Positions 14,445 through 28,722 of a stretch of DNA of 64,000 nt are shown here, piece by piece. A program made the position numbers and the translations under genes. Position 1 is the stretch's first letter; every line of letters begins with the position of its first letter. This stretch comes from Octopus sinensis (lineage: Eukaryota), in NCBI RefSeq assembly GCF_006345805.1, contig NC_042997.1, positions 38,254,001 through 38,318,000 of the forward strand. Direction: 5' to 3'. The notes under the pieces were generated by a model. The model did no database searches and was not told the origin of the DNA. It saw only the letters and a list, made by a program, of their open reading frames with translations.

Positions 14445-14643
14445 TCACTGCCTGGAATCGAACTCGCAATTTGTTAATACCGGTTCCCCATGTGCTCTTC
14501 ATATCTGCACTCGGTCTGCTTAGGGGGTTGTTATGTGTCCTAGCATATGAGCTGCTTCTGTTAGTTTTCGTATTTTCCAGTGTTTTCTGTCTATTAAAAT
14601 AATAGACCTTAGGAATGAAAACCCAGGTTCAAAGTTTTTCCAA

Positions 14644-14689
14644 GATACCTGATGAAGGCTGGAGGGTATATCAGCCGAAACGTTGTGTT
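14644..14689 (+). ncRNA. Minimal hammerhead-like motif (mirror copy on minus at 14302-14345)
   Basis: GATAC-CTGATGA-A-GGCTG..CAGCC-GAAAC-GTT-GTGTT; stem III has no loop. Confidence 0.6.
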
Positions 14690-14973
14690 AACAACAAACA
14701 AGATGAAGACAAATATCCGTTAGTTGTAAATAATGTACATAATTCCTCATCTCTTAAATATAAAATAGTGTAGTGTCCTTATTGCCAAATTACTTTTAAT
14801 TTATTTACGTTTAAATAAAAGATCTTATTGAGGGAAATCCAATTCTATAAACCTCGTTTATGAGGCAAAACTTTATGAGGCAAAACTTAGTGAATTTGAA
14901 TGAGTAATACCCAAGTCCGTTTTTAAACCACGATATCTATTATTTAAAAAATAACATTTAGTATAATTATCTA

Positions 14974-15382
14974 TACTCTTTACTTGTTTTAGTCATTTGA
15001 CTGCGGCCATGCTGGAGCACCGCCTGTAATCGAGCAACTCGACCCCGGGACTTATTCTTTTGTAAGCCCAGTACTTATTCTATCGGTCTCTTTTGCCGAA
15101 CCGCTAAGTAACGGGGACATATACACACCAGCATCGGTTGTCAAGCAATGCTAGGGGGACAAACACAGACACACAAACATACACACACACATATATATAT
15201 ATATATACATACATATATACGACGGGCTTCTTTCAGTTTCCGTCTACCAAATCCACTCACAAGGCATTGGTCGGCCCGGGGATATAGCAGAAGACACATG
15301 CCCAAGATGCCACGCAGTGGGACTGAACCCGGAACCATGTGGTTGGTAAGCAAGCTACTTACCACACAGCCACTCCTGCGTC
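14974..15382 (-). mobile_element. tRNA-derived SINE family S1 (internal TA/TG microsatellite)
   Basis: A/B-box-like head (TGGCTGTGTGG, GGTTCAGTCC) and AAAGAGT tail; 11-bp TSD TATAATTATCT at 14962-14972 and 15383-15393. Confidence 0.9.
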
Positions 15383-16795
15383 TATAATTATCTTTTATAG
15401 AAAACTCTCAATGAAACACATCAATTACTAGAAACCAGTTTGAAATTGATGCAGTACAAGAAGACTTATGACGCAAAAGTAGTCAAATCGGAAAGAATAA
15501 CACCAGATAACATCTTAAAATCCACAAATTTCTGTCGTTGTGGAACAAAATTAAAAGACCTAAAATTGGAGAATCTAATACTGGACACTACGTCCAAACT
15601 GGTGCAGTAGATAAAGCTTATGGGGCAAAATGTGGTAAAATCGATGAGTCATCACTAATAAATTTTCTTATATGGTTTTTACATAAAATTATGTGGCAAG
15701 AAGTGAGGTATATTTGCACTAACTCCAAATTATGACCAGTTTCGGTTTGTTTCCACAAAAGGGTATGGTGGAGAGTCTTGTAAGGGTAGAGTTCCTCAAG
15801 TTGAAATAATGTCTAATTTCCCAAACGTTTAAAGGGATATATATTTCACGTACTATAGTTAATGAGCGGATTTTAGGTGCAAAATTATCAGAGTTTTTCA
15901 GTTCAATTGAAAACCAGAAGATCAGTTTTTTTATTGAAGATAATTTTTTTATTGAAATTTAGCAGAAATGCTAAGCTACGTTGAGAAAAAGATTATTCTT
16001 ATTCATCGTTTTAAAGCACAAATATGTCAATTTAAACTCATTAAATAGCACCTTTCACATTTCGTTTTTTAAATAAGATTTGTTTTTAGTCCAATCATAT
16101 TTTCTATGTATCTTCGTAAGAAATAATACAAATTAACTAATACATATCTTTAATAATGATAAAATTAATAAATCGACTCTTTGTCTCATTGGCATTTTAA
16201 AAATCTTATTCGTTTATAGAACGCGCTGCTTGTAAAAACAGTGGACCAGCAAAGGAATGCAGGAGCACAAACGAAAGCTTTCTTAATTAATTGAACAGGT
16301 GAAATCAGAACAGGAAGTGGAAGCTTTAAAAGATTGCAGGTGAAACTGAATATAAAAAGAACATGTTATTTATATTTTATTCAAGTATGGACCCTCGGAC
16401 ATACCCGAATTATGGAAAAATTTTATTCATTTTAGATTTATAGAACTATTGCAATTCACCTAATTTCACTTCATAAACACTTCTTAATTCATTGATGATA
16501 TATCGAAGGAGAGGAGCTTTCTCCGTCCGGGTTGCGGATCCGGGGAACAAGCTGCCAGACGAGATGGTGAAGATGCTGACGACCGCTTTGTTCAAAGTCT
16601 CCCTTGACCTCAAGTGGCCTGAACTCTTTACATGAACACCACCCTGTACATAACTTCATGTCCCCCTACATGGCCTTGCTTTTTGCTTTTGAGCCAAAAA
16701 ATTAACTAACTAACTAACATATATTGCATTTCGCTAAAATATATGACAAAATCGATTGAAAAAATGTTCATTGTCCCGTTAACATTTATATTATT

Positions 16796-17250
16796 AAGGC
16801 GGGGAGCTTGAGAATCGTTAGCACGCCGGGAGAAATGCTTAGCGGCATTTCGACCGTCTCTACGTTCAGAGTTCAAATTCCGCCGGGGTCGAGTTTGCCT
16901 TTCATTCTTGGAGTTCGATAAAATAAGTACCAGTGAAGTACTGGGATCAATGTGATCGATTATAACCTCCCTACAAATTCCAGGCCTTGTGCCTATAGTA
17001 GAAAGGATTATCTGGTTAATATTTATATTATTGTTAAGGTGGCATGCTGGAAGAATCATTAGCATTCCCGACGAAATGCTTAGCGGCATATCGTCCGGCT
17101 TTACGTTCTGAGTTCATACTCCGCCGCGGACGATTTTTGCGTTTCATCCCTTTCGGGGTCGATTAAAATAAGCAGTAGTTAAGTACTGGCGTCGATGTAA
17201 TCGACTAACCCCCTCCCCAGAATTTGCTGGCCTTGTGCTAAATTTTGGAA
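16796..17250 (+). mobile_element. Two tandem SINE S2 copies
   Basis: Copies at 16796-17008 and 17036-17250 with the same core. Confidence 0.8.
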
Positions 17251-19033
17251 CTAATAATTTATATTCTTATTTGCTCATTTCAAAAGCAAATTCGATTGAA
17301 AATTTTCAACATATGATAATTACCATCCAAATTAAATGGTGTATGAAACTCTAGTGATCTAATGAATATACTAGCTCGCTCACCTCCTATCGTTGAATGT
17401 ATAAGCTAATAAACTGCAAAAGATAAAAGTATAAAGCTTTCGGCAATTTTGTAAAGAGCTGCAGTAAGTCTACCTCTATATAATCAGAGTTACTTCTCAT
17501 ATATTTCTCTGCATAGCATTATCTCTAGTTACTCTGAAAATAAATTTTAAAAATCTTTTAAGATGAACGCTTTTAGTATTTGCATACAAGTAAGGTATCA
17601 CTAAAATATATAAAACATGCTATCGGCGATATTTGAACCATTTATTATCTTACAAAAACCATACCCACTGAGTGGGGATACGTTTATTTGTCATGTACGA
17701 GCATTTGTAGTACGTCATACACGATTGAATTTGCCCTATTCTCACGTAAAATCTTTTTTTGTCTTTCCATTTTTTCTAATCTGTTTCTTTGTATATTAAA
17801 ATAATAAAAGATCTATGTTATATATAAAATTAATTTTATATCTCGGAGCAAACACATTTCATACTGAAATATTTTCATCAAATTATTTCTTTCTTGAAAA
17901 TAAAGATATATGTTCATTCGAGAAATTAATACTGTGAAGTTGAGTTTATATTAAATTTTATATTAAATTGATTCCTGATCTAATTGATTCATCGAACATT
18001 TTCTTATTTGTGAATGAATTATTCCCTTAATACTCAATTTAATTCTAAGCTCTTATTTAAACAAGGCTTTAGCCACAGTCATATAAGCTTAGGCATATTT
18101 TTATGAGTATACGTATTTCAATCTATGTGCAGGTGTGTCTGTGTTTATTTCCGTGTGATATTTAGGATGAATAAATGATATATGTACATAGTCTTTACTC
18201 CTTTACGGACTTCAATCATTGCACAGAGATTATGTTGGAACATTACTTTCAAGGGTTTTGTCAATGATATTGATTAAATCCAGTGCTTATCTAATTCACT
18301 CTGATAAATCTGTTGGTTACAGGAGCAGAAACAAATCAATACCGGTTCTCAAGCGATGAGAGACGAGCTCAAAGAATGAAACACGAGCACAGAGATAGAC
18401 AAGCAAACAAACACATACGTACACACACACACACAAACACAGGCGTGCGTACATATGTATGTATATATAAAACAATTGCAGCGTGGAAGGTGTTTATAAG
18501 CCATTTAAAAACAACAAAAAAAAACGTTATATTCACTTCAATATTTAAATTTAATTTGTGATAAAACATATTTTCGCCGCTTTTAAACCGCGACCTGTTC
18601 ACTGCACAAAGAGCAATGATTCTGAAATACTTTACTAAATTTTTAAATTACACATCTCTAACTAAAAGAATATGAACGCATTCAACTTCTACTTTTAATG
18701 CACGGGAAAAGAGGGTGGGACGTCTCCTGACTGACTGCTTCAATAATTTTTTGATCGCTCCACAGAAAATAAGTGTCAAACTTCAAACGCAATTCATAGG
18801 ATAGAATTTTCAGCGAAAGCATAAAGCAATCAGCAGTTAAGATATTATAATGCTGGACATCTTGAATAGGCTTAGACAACTCGTCATTAATTGAACAATA
18901 TGTACTTTACAAGCAACTCACTGTGGATTAGAAGAATTGAGGAAACTTAAATATTAGTCTAACACTGTTATGATGAACTATAAAAATCTATATGCATTCC
19001 TTCTATACTTTCGGAACAAATATATATATAGAG

Positions 19034-19065
<32 letters not shown>

Positions 19066-19825
19066 TGATAGATAGATAGATAAATAGATAGATAGGTAGA
19101 TAGATAGATAGATAGATATAGATATAGATATATGTGTGTGTGTGTGTGTGTATTTATGTATATACTCAAAACTTACACGCATATGCACACACATATACTA
19201 GCGCACGCACACACGCGCGCACACAGATACACACACACATGTATGTATGTAAGTATGTATGTATGTATGTATGTATGTATGGATGCATGCATGCATGCAT
19301 GTATGCATGTATACATGTATGTATGTATAAAAGAGACATTCCAGAAGCTTGAAACCTTTTTAGGAAAGGCCATTTTAATTGTACAAGATTACTATAATTT
19401 GAGTAAATCATTATAATAGATTTTATAAGCTAACCTGCTTTTATTATTCCAGGTTGAAGGAGACTGACAGCACGTTCATCAGTGCCTAGCTACTTCTACC
19501 ATTCTTTGTGTGAGGCAGGTGAGACGACTGATGCACAGGTTTTCAGTCTGGAGGATAAATTTTCCCTGTTCAACAATCAAATATGAACACTTTCTGTTGG
19601 CCAAATTCCATTCCTAAGTCAGCTGAAAACATTGTTATTAATTCCAGCTGATTTTTTGGCATTGTTAACAATTTTTGGCATAAATGCTGGGGTCATGCAC
19701 AAAGTATGGGTTACACTAATATCTCAGGTAGTTGCAGACCCTAAACTGTAACTATTTGATTTTTGTAGTAGGAATGATAATGGATTTAATGCCAAACTGA
19801 GGGTGTTTCTATATATGTATGTATG

Positions 19826-19859
<34 letters not shown>

Positions 19860-20305
19860 TGTATGTATGTATGTATGTATGTATGTATGTATGTATGTAT
19901 GTATATGTATGTATGTATGAATGTATGTATGTATGTATGTATGTATGTATGTATGGATGGATGGATGGATGGATGGATGGATGGATGGATGGATGGATGA
20001 TGGATGGATGGTTCGATCGATCGACGGTTACCTGTCGATGAGGATTTGGTTTTAATCACTTGCATTACCTGGTCAGAGCGTTTACTCTTACCATACTTTC
20101 CAAAATAATCGGTATAAAATCTTATGCCAGAAGAGTGTGCTGTAGCTTTGAGTAACATCTAAAATTAGTGATTCCTAGGAAAGACGGTCAAAACGAAGCG
20201 GTAGATATTTGATCATATTGCCACACAATAGAATACAAGAATGAAATCTGGAGCTTAGTTGTCGTAAAGCAAACTTCTGAATAATTCATCCACCCTGTGC
20301 CAACG

Positions 20306-20341
<36 letters not shown>

Positions 20342-20354
20342 TAGATCGATAGAT

Positions 20355-20386
20355 ATAATAACAATGATAATAATAATAATAATAAC

Positions 20387-20441
<55 letters not shown>

Positions 20442-20443
20442 CA

Positions 20444-20474
<31 letters not shown>

Positions 20475-20510
20475 CGTGTATGTGTATGCGTGTATGTGTG
20501 CCTGCGTGTG
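20355..20510. repeat. (AAT)n followed by (TG)n microsatellite
   Basis: Seen directly. Other (AAT)/(GAT) tracts at 46000-46102 and 14390-14440; long (TA)n at 8215, 10640, 12410, 22720, 28090, 29500 and 37560. Confidence 0.95.
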
Positions 20511-20945
20511 CGTATGTTACTTATGTATTCGAAAACTGAGTTGCCGATTTTGACGTATGAGTTATCAAAAGATTCACCAATCTTTTGGCTACGAAATAAG
20601 GCATGGTTTTTATACAACTGTTATTTTACTTCAAAATTAACTTTGAAAACGAGGTTATTTTCGCACAATTTGAGATCTTTAGCTAAGGGAGGCAACCCTG
20701 CTTGAACAATCTTAAAATACATGAGTTTTATCTGAGAATGTAACTTCGAAGACTTTATTAGTATTATACCGTCAACTTTATTATTATTATTTAGTAGATA
20801 ATCTTTCAATGTGAAGTATGTTTGTGTTTTGTTTAACCTAGATTTACTTCTGATGTAGCAGACCCGTCGTATAGCTTTCTCTCTTCCTGAAATACTCTTT
20901 TGATGAAACGGTTTTGAAGTAGCTCAAGTTACATTAGAGACACGT

Positions 20946-21016
<71 letters not shown>

Positions 21017-21729
21017 CGTGCATGTGTGCGTGTCTGTGTAAGAGTGTGTGTCTTTTTTTGTGGTGAAAATAATTTTTTTTTCCTCAGAATATTTTGCACA
21101 ATAATTTTTAAAGAAATCTGGACATCTTTCAAATTACAATTGTTAACTGTTGGGAGTCAACTAAACTGAAATATAAATAGTGTTATTGTTTAGAGTGGAG
21201 GTTCAATACGAAGTTCTGAACTCATTATCTTGTGATTAGTTATCCATTACCTTAAATTTTAAACCATTAAGTCTTTAAACGTTATTTTACTAGGTTTAGT
21301 CTTTCGAGTGTCAACATGATGGAGTATCACCTTCAAAAATTTAATTGATCATACTGACCTCGGAACATATTTCAATGGGGCATTTATTTTATAGATCTCT
21401 GCTTGATGAACTGCTAACTTTGAGACATAGTGGGACACAATAATCGATTTAACAACAAATGTAAATAAACACACACACATAAAAACATATTAGGTGCAAG
21501 AATGACTGTGTGGTTGCAACGTTTGTTTTCCAACCACCTGGTTCCACGTTCTGCAGCCCTAGACCAACCATAGACTTGTGACTGAATTTGGTAGATGGAA
21601 ACTGCAGTGTTTTCCATCAGAAAATAACCGAAAAACATGTTTATAAAGAATAATTGTTTGTTTCATACGCCGCGTATGCCGATTCTTGCCATAAGAAAGG
21701 AACAAACGATACAATGTGGTTGTAGGTCA

Positions 21730-21762
21730 TAACACCCGGGCAACACCGGGTTGCATTGCTAG
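21730..21762 (+). mobile_element. Helitron 3' terminus
   Basis: CCCGGGCAACACCGGG hairpin followed by ..GCTAG|T, as at 41985-42010. Confidence 0.5.
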
Positions 21763-22725
21763 TGTGTGTCTGTGAGTGTGCATGTATGTATGTATGTATA
21801 TATGTATATGTGTAGAGAAATAAATATCATATATATATGAATGTGTTTGTGTATGTGCGTGTGTGTGTATGTATATATGTACGTATGGAGAAATACATAT
21901 ACATAACTTTCAAAGTCTGGCACGAATCCAATAATTTCGGGAGAGAGGTAAGTTCATTACATCGACGTTGGTGTTTAAATGGTACTTATTTTATCAACTC
22001 CGCAAGGATGATAGGCAAAGTCGACATCGGTGGAATTTGAACGCGAAACATACAGACGAACGTCGAAATAAATATATATTAAATATGCATTGTAATATGT
22101 GGACATACATTATATTGATGTCTGTGTATATAAATACACATACATACACAGACATATATGTGTGCGTATGTATCAACTTTCGTAAAATGCTTTGTTTCAG
22201 TAATGTGTTTGATAGACCAAAATATAATCGGTAATTTAATAACGAAAATCTTTAATTAGGTATTACTATTTGTAAAGGACTTAACAAGAGTTCGAATGCA
22301 TCACGCCATTATGGATCAATCATAAGATACAAGTGACTAATTAGAAGGCAGATTTTTACCATTGTAGCAGTACCATTTTTAGTTTGTACTTTTAGTTAGC
22401 TTTTCTCTTTTTACCTTTTATATACCGATTCGAGTGTTCTGTGCGAAAATCTTTAAGTAGTGTAATATTTCACTACTGGACAAAAGTATTAATCTAATTG
22501 TCTGAGAAATCCTACTGCGATATTATTTTCCTTTCTTATTTTCTCCTTTTTTTTTTTTGCCGTTATATTTGATTAAGAACTATGAAAATAGATTCACTAA
22601 AAGTGATTTAGATTTTACCTGAATGCATAATATCATTTCACTTTTTGGACAAATAATTATTTAGTTCGCAAAAAACCTGTTCTCACTACACACACACACA
22701 TGTGTATGTGTATATCTATATCTAT

Positions 22726-22825
<100 letters not shown>

Positions 22826-22848
22826 GTATGTATGTATGTATATATATG

Positions 22849-22896
<48 letters not shown>

Positions 22897-23755
22897 TTAT
22901 ATTATATATATTTATATATATGTATGAATATAAATATATGACATATATGGGTACAGCACGTCACCAACTGTATACAACATGGAATACGAAAACAAATGCA
23001 AATAACGAGAGAAAAATTGGAAAACAAGATAAGTAATACAAAGAATACAAAGACCGACCCTTCACCAGTTGTCTGCTGTCTGTCTACTCCCCATTTCGAG
23101 CGATAAACGACAACTTTTGGATTTATAGAGGCTCAAAGTTAGAAACATAAACAGGACAGTGAAGACATACAGGGAAACCAAGCGAAAACAAACATTGAGG
23201 ATCGTTAGACCTGAACGAGGGGAAAATAGTGAACGCTGAGAGAAATATTTTCTTTGAAAAGAGATCAGATAGAAGAAAGAGATATGAGACGTCCAGTCCT
23301 TAGAAGGTCCATGCAGGAAAGAAAGATGGTCACGTGTGAGCAACGAGAGAGAGAAAAAGAGAGAGACAGACAGAAAGAAAACGGTGAAAGGGAGAAAAAG
23401 GGAATTAGAGAGGATGAGGTCAAAACAGCATAGAGTATATGTATATATGTATGTATATATATATATATATATATTTATATCCTTTTATATATTTATATAT
23501 TTATATATTTCTTTATATTTTTATGTATTTATTATTCTAGATGTTATGTTAAAATATATATTTTTTTAGTCACTAAAGTATTAATCATTAACTTTTAACC
23601 ACGATGGATTGTATTTGTACATTTTTGTTATATTTTTCTCATAAGCTTGTATTGATGAGTTGTGTTTCATCTTCCATGTATATTCTATGTGAAAGAAAAA
23701 GCATGACATGTTACGTGGATGAACTTATATTTGTTTGTTCTGCAACCATAGTTTA

Positions 23756-23787
<32 letters not shown>

Positions 23788-24389
23788 AAGAGGAATAACC
23801 AAATAACCACCAAGGTTAGCGTCTTCTTCTAGCATATTAGGAATCCACCTTGGTGTTTATTCTCTTTATATATGTAAGTAATATAGTTTCTTAATCTTCG
23901 GATTTTTTAAGTATGCTAGGCCACTGGTTTAAATTGATATTAATTAATTAATATTAATTTAATTTCTACCCACATTATTTAACTTTTAAATAACCATGTT
24001 CTCTAAACGTAAATTCGCTGCCGAAATGAAGACAGATAACATGTTAAGTCTTCTGCTCCGAAATTTAAATTTTGAATTTGTTTTGAATTATAGAATTAGA
24101 CCTCACTTAAAATCATCTTTTGGCTTTCGAATACAACCTTTTCTTTCTCTTTCTATATTTTTGTTAAGTTATATTTTCTTGTTTTGGTCCAGAGTTTTCC
24201 AATTTCTTTTTGCTTGTATCAAGGAATGGAAGAAAGCATTAAAAAAATTTTAATTCATAGAGTCGAACAAAATATTAATTCTATTTTTCCCATTTCCCTA
24301 AATACTAACAAGAGATTCGAGAGAGATTTGGCTGATATTTCTAGCACATAGATTTATTTATACATAGATATACTCTCTTTCTCTCTCTC

Positions 24390-24603
24390 TTTTACTCTTT
24401 TACTTGTTTCAGTCATTTGACTGCGGCCATGCTGGAGCACCGCCTTTAGTCGAGCAACTCGACCCCGGGACTTATTCTTTTGTAAGCCCAGTACTTATTC
24501 TATCGGTCTCTTTTGCCGAACCGCTAAGTAACGGGGACATAAACACACCAGCATCGGTTGTCAAGCAATGCTAGGGGGACAAATACAGACACGCAAACAC
24601 ACA

Positions 24604-24638
<35 letters not shown>

Positions 24639-24801
24639 GTATATACGACGGGCTTCTTTTCAGTTTCCGTCTGCCAAATCCACTCACAAGGCTTTGGTCG
24701 GCCCGAGGCTATAGTAGAAGACACTTGCCCAAGGTGCCACGCAGTGGGATTGAACCCGGAACCATGTGGTTGGTAAACAAGCTACTTACCACACAGCCAC
24801 T
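24390..24801 (-). mobile_element. SINE S1 copy
   Basis: Near-identical to 14974-15382. Confidence 0.9.
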
Positions 24802-25522
24802 TCGTGTGTTATTTAGTGTGTGTGTGTGTGTGTGTGTAATTTACATATTTATGTATATGTATATAATGTATATATAAATGCTTAAAACATATATTATACA
24901 TGCATACGCTTATAGATATATAATCTTAATATGTAAGTATATATATGCATATATATATATATATAGTAATATTTATGTATGTATGTATGTATGTATGTAT
25001 GTATGTATGTATGTATTCTGAGTCATTGTTGAGACGCCAATCAATGTAATTTTTAGGTACACTCCTATATATGAGAAATTATTTCGAACAAGAACTTCAT
25101 CACATACATTTTTTCATATTAGTAAAAGCAGACTGACTGTAAATGTTCTACCAATGTCACTTGACGACCACTGAACAATATACATTGCCCAGAAATACTT
25201 CTCACACGCTGACAAGGACTCATAAAGCAGAATCTACTACGGAGCTGTCATTATCGAATAAAGTTTTAATATCTTAACTACAGATTTATGATATAGTGGC
25301 ACGCTCGCAAAAGGCATGCACACACAAACGTACACGCAATCATGCACGGACATATTCACGTACATATATAGGCATACATAAATACGTACTGGAGAAGAAA
25401 TGAGACAGATCTGAGTATATGTACAATACTTTATTTGTCAGTGATTTATCACATTTGAACGAAAATACATATATATGTGCGAGTATTTGCATGTATATAC
25501 TCTCTCTCTTTCTCTCTCTCTG

Positions 25523-25566
<44 letters not shown>

Positions 25567-25583
25567 ATATATATTATATATAG

Positions 25584-25615
<32 letters not shown>

Positions 25616-25946
25616 TATATTATATATATATATATACATATACATATAAATATATATATACATACATATACAATATGTATATATATATATATATTATATA
25701 TATATATATATATATATGCATGTAGATATATATTATATATATATATATATATAAGAAGAGAGTGCACATATAGACATAAAAATATGCAAACTACTTACAA
25801 CATACTTACAGTGGTATACTACCTACATGAATGTGTGTATATGTGCGTGTAGTGTGTGTGTGTTTGTGTGTTTGTGTGCGTGTGCGTGTGTGTATGTTTG
25901 TGTGTGTATGTGTATGTGTGTATGTGTGTGTGTGTTGTGTGTGTGT

Positions 25947-25984
<38 letters not shown>

Positions 25985-26576
25985 CTGTATTTTGATTTTC
26001 TGTTTCTGTTATTTCTTAAAATCCTGCTCATGATAGAAATATTGAGAAAAAAAATTGTGTTAGGACAGTCTCATGAGAATTTTATTAGTACTGCGGGTAG
26101 AAGAATCATAGTTGTTCAGTAATTGCTAGAAATACTCAGGACGCCTTCTGCATGGAAACGTAAGAATACGTTTGAGCAACGAGAGAAAATAATGGAGAAA
26201 GATCGAGAGAGGCAGAGAGACAGATAGAAACTGGTGAAGGCGAGGAAAAAGGCATATATATATATATACAGATATCGGACGGGTATGTTTGATTCTTAGT
26301 ATTTTCAAATCTAAATCAGACGAAATCTCTGAGCTGATGAAGGAAAAGTGGCGTTTTACCCACAAATCCAGAAACAGACTGTCCTCGGGTATCGTATATG
26401 GATGTGATCTTTCATTGTTTTTTTCCCTTATACCTATGTGAGTTATTTTCTGAGTATGCATTGTCTGGAGACTTTTATTTGCAGTTGAAGAGAAATAGCC
26501 AAATTTTGGCTGCTATTTCTGAAAAGTTCGGTGTGTGGTAAAGTGAATTTTTTCACTTTGCCATATATTTTTATAA

Positions 26577-26610
<34 letters not shown>

Positions 26611-26898
26611 ATGTATAAATTTAATTAGAGATAAAACCAATATTAGGCCAATCAAACAGTGAAAAACATAAACCAAAACATAAAAATAAATATAATTAAT
26701 ATAATATACAAAAAATATAAAATTTTAAATTTAAATTATTAAATTTAAAATTTTTTATATTTATAAATTTTTATATTTTTTTACATATATATGTCTCTGT
26801 CGCTCTGTCTCTCTCTCTCCATATTTCTCCATTATTTTCTCTCGTTGCTCACACGTTACTATCGTCCATCTTCTTTTCCTCACGTGATCATCTTTCTC

Positions 26899-26929
<31 letters not shown>

Positions 26930-26967
26930 ATATATATTATATATATAGATATATATATTATAATATA

Positions 26968-27011
<44 letters not shown>

Positions 27012-27157
27012 CGATAATGGTGTCATTGAGACCCAAAGGTGTCAGGTAATGTTGAATAAGTACTATAGACAGACCATAGTTAAGTTCCAGCTTTGGTAAT
27101 ATTGCGAATAAAGGGTTCAGCGTTGGTTCTATGTCAGCGTGTGTATATAAAAATTCT

Positions 27158-27203
<46 letters not shown>

Positions 27204-27257
27204 GGTGTGTGTGTGTGTGTGTGTACGGATATATATATATATATATACATGTATATA

Positions 27258-27777
27258 CCGTAAATCCTCGAGTATAGTCCGCCCTTCAGTATAATACGCA
27301 GGGGATTTTTAGGGGGCTGTACCTCTGAAAAACCTAAACCTTGTGTTTAATACGCACCCCTTCTCTAACTTGAGTCGTGCGTAATTAAGGCAGCAGCACC
27401 TAGTCGAACAAGCACTTCCGTACAAACACTACAATAACGGTGACGTTCTTAACTGTTATAGGTGTATGTAAATATGTTTGCAAATTGTGTTTGTTACATG
27501 TTATTCTGTGTTCTGAATACTTTTATTTTAATAAATGTTGCTTACTGCAAGTTATGGATGATTCTTTTATGACTTCATTGCTTTCAGGCTTAGCTGAAGG
27601 TATTTCCGCGCCCGTCATCACAAAATGCATCTGAATAAACATTGCCGGACAACAAATAGAGACTCGGACATAGCTTAGAAAATATTTTTCATTTTTAACC
27701 TCGTATATAGTACGTACTAGGGATTTTGACCTTTAAATTTTGGGGAAAAAATGTGGATTGTACTCGAGGATTTATGG
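27258..27777. mobile_element. Tc1/mariner/pogo-type MITE
   Basis: About 23-bp terminal inverted repeats CCGTAAATCCTCGAGTATAGTCC / GGATTGTACTCGAGGATTTATGG, with TA on both flanks. Confidence 0.8.
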
Positions 27778-27946
27778 TATATACTAACTCACAAGGTACT
27801 TGAAACATATGTATACCATTCTGCCTAAATTATGAATCTACAGATGCAATATCCCTGCATATCTCACGTCTCTTTTCATTCCTCCACTTCACTCTCTATT
27901 TCATATCTTATCTAAAATAACTGTTGCTTGACCATTCTCTCACAGC

Positions 27947-27994
27947 GTCTCCGATGAAGGGATATATAAATTATCCCGTAAACAGCTGTAAGAC
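27947..27994 (+). ncRNA. Decayed type I hammerhead
   Basis: GTCT-CCGATGA-A-GGGATA..TATCCC-GTAAAC-AGCT-GTA-AGAC, with two core defects. Confidence 0.5.
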
Positions 27995-28089
27995 CTATTT
28001 ATAAATGATCCAAAATCTTTCACAGCGTTGGATTTTTACCTCATTCTGAACATCTTCTTATGTATACGTATATATATATACATGTATAT

Positions 28090-28172
<83 letters not shown>

Positions 28173-28314
28173 TATATATATAAGTTGAGCAAAAATTTAG
28201 ATTCAAATGAATATGGTACTTAATTTAGATGCACAAGAATTCCGCATGGTGTTATCCATAAAAATCCGTGGGGTGATTATAATCAAAATAAGCAACAAGA
28301 ATGACTCCGGTAAT

Positions 28315-28400
28315 TTGGTACGATCGTTTCGTACTACATCATTTTATTAAATGTTGTAAGTATTACAACAGTTTTGAAATGCTGAGCACTCATCAGCCAA
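28315..28400 (-). ncRNA. Type I hammerhead ribozyme, intact core
   Basis: TTGG-CTGATGA-GTGCT..AGTAC-GAAAC-GATC-GTA-CCAA. Confidence 0.75.
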
Positions 28401-28687
28401 TTATAGAGGTTTTCCATTGATACAAACATTTTCATATCAAGTGGCAACATTATAGAGAAGGTAGATACATAGACAAAGATGTGGATTTAAATTTTAAGAA
28501 CATTTGAGGTAGTTGAGCCCATCAACTGACTGACTGACTAAGATTCAGCTGTTCCAGACTACTGTAAGGTTCTGAGAGGGAAGAACAAATGAAAGGTGAC
28601 AATAAAGATTCTCTAATTATAGAAATGGGGTAAAGGGGATATCAGAGCTCCATATAAGGAATTCCTTATTCTTGTTGCTTATTTTGA

Positions 28688-28721
<34 letters not shown>

Positions 28722-28722
28722 A

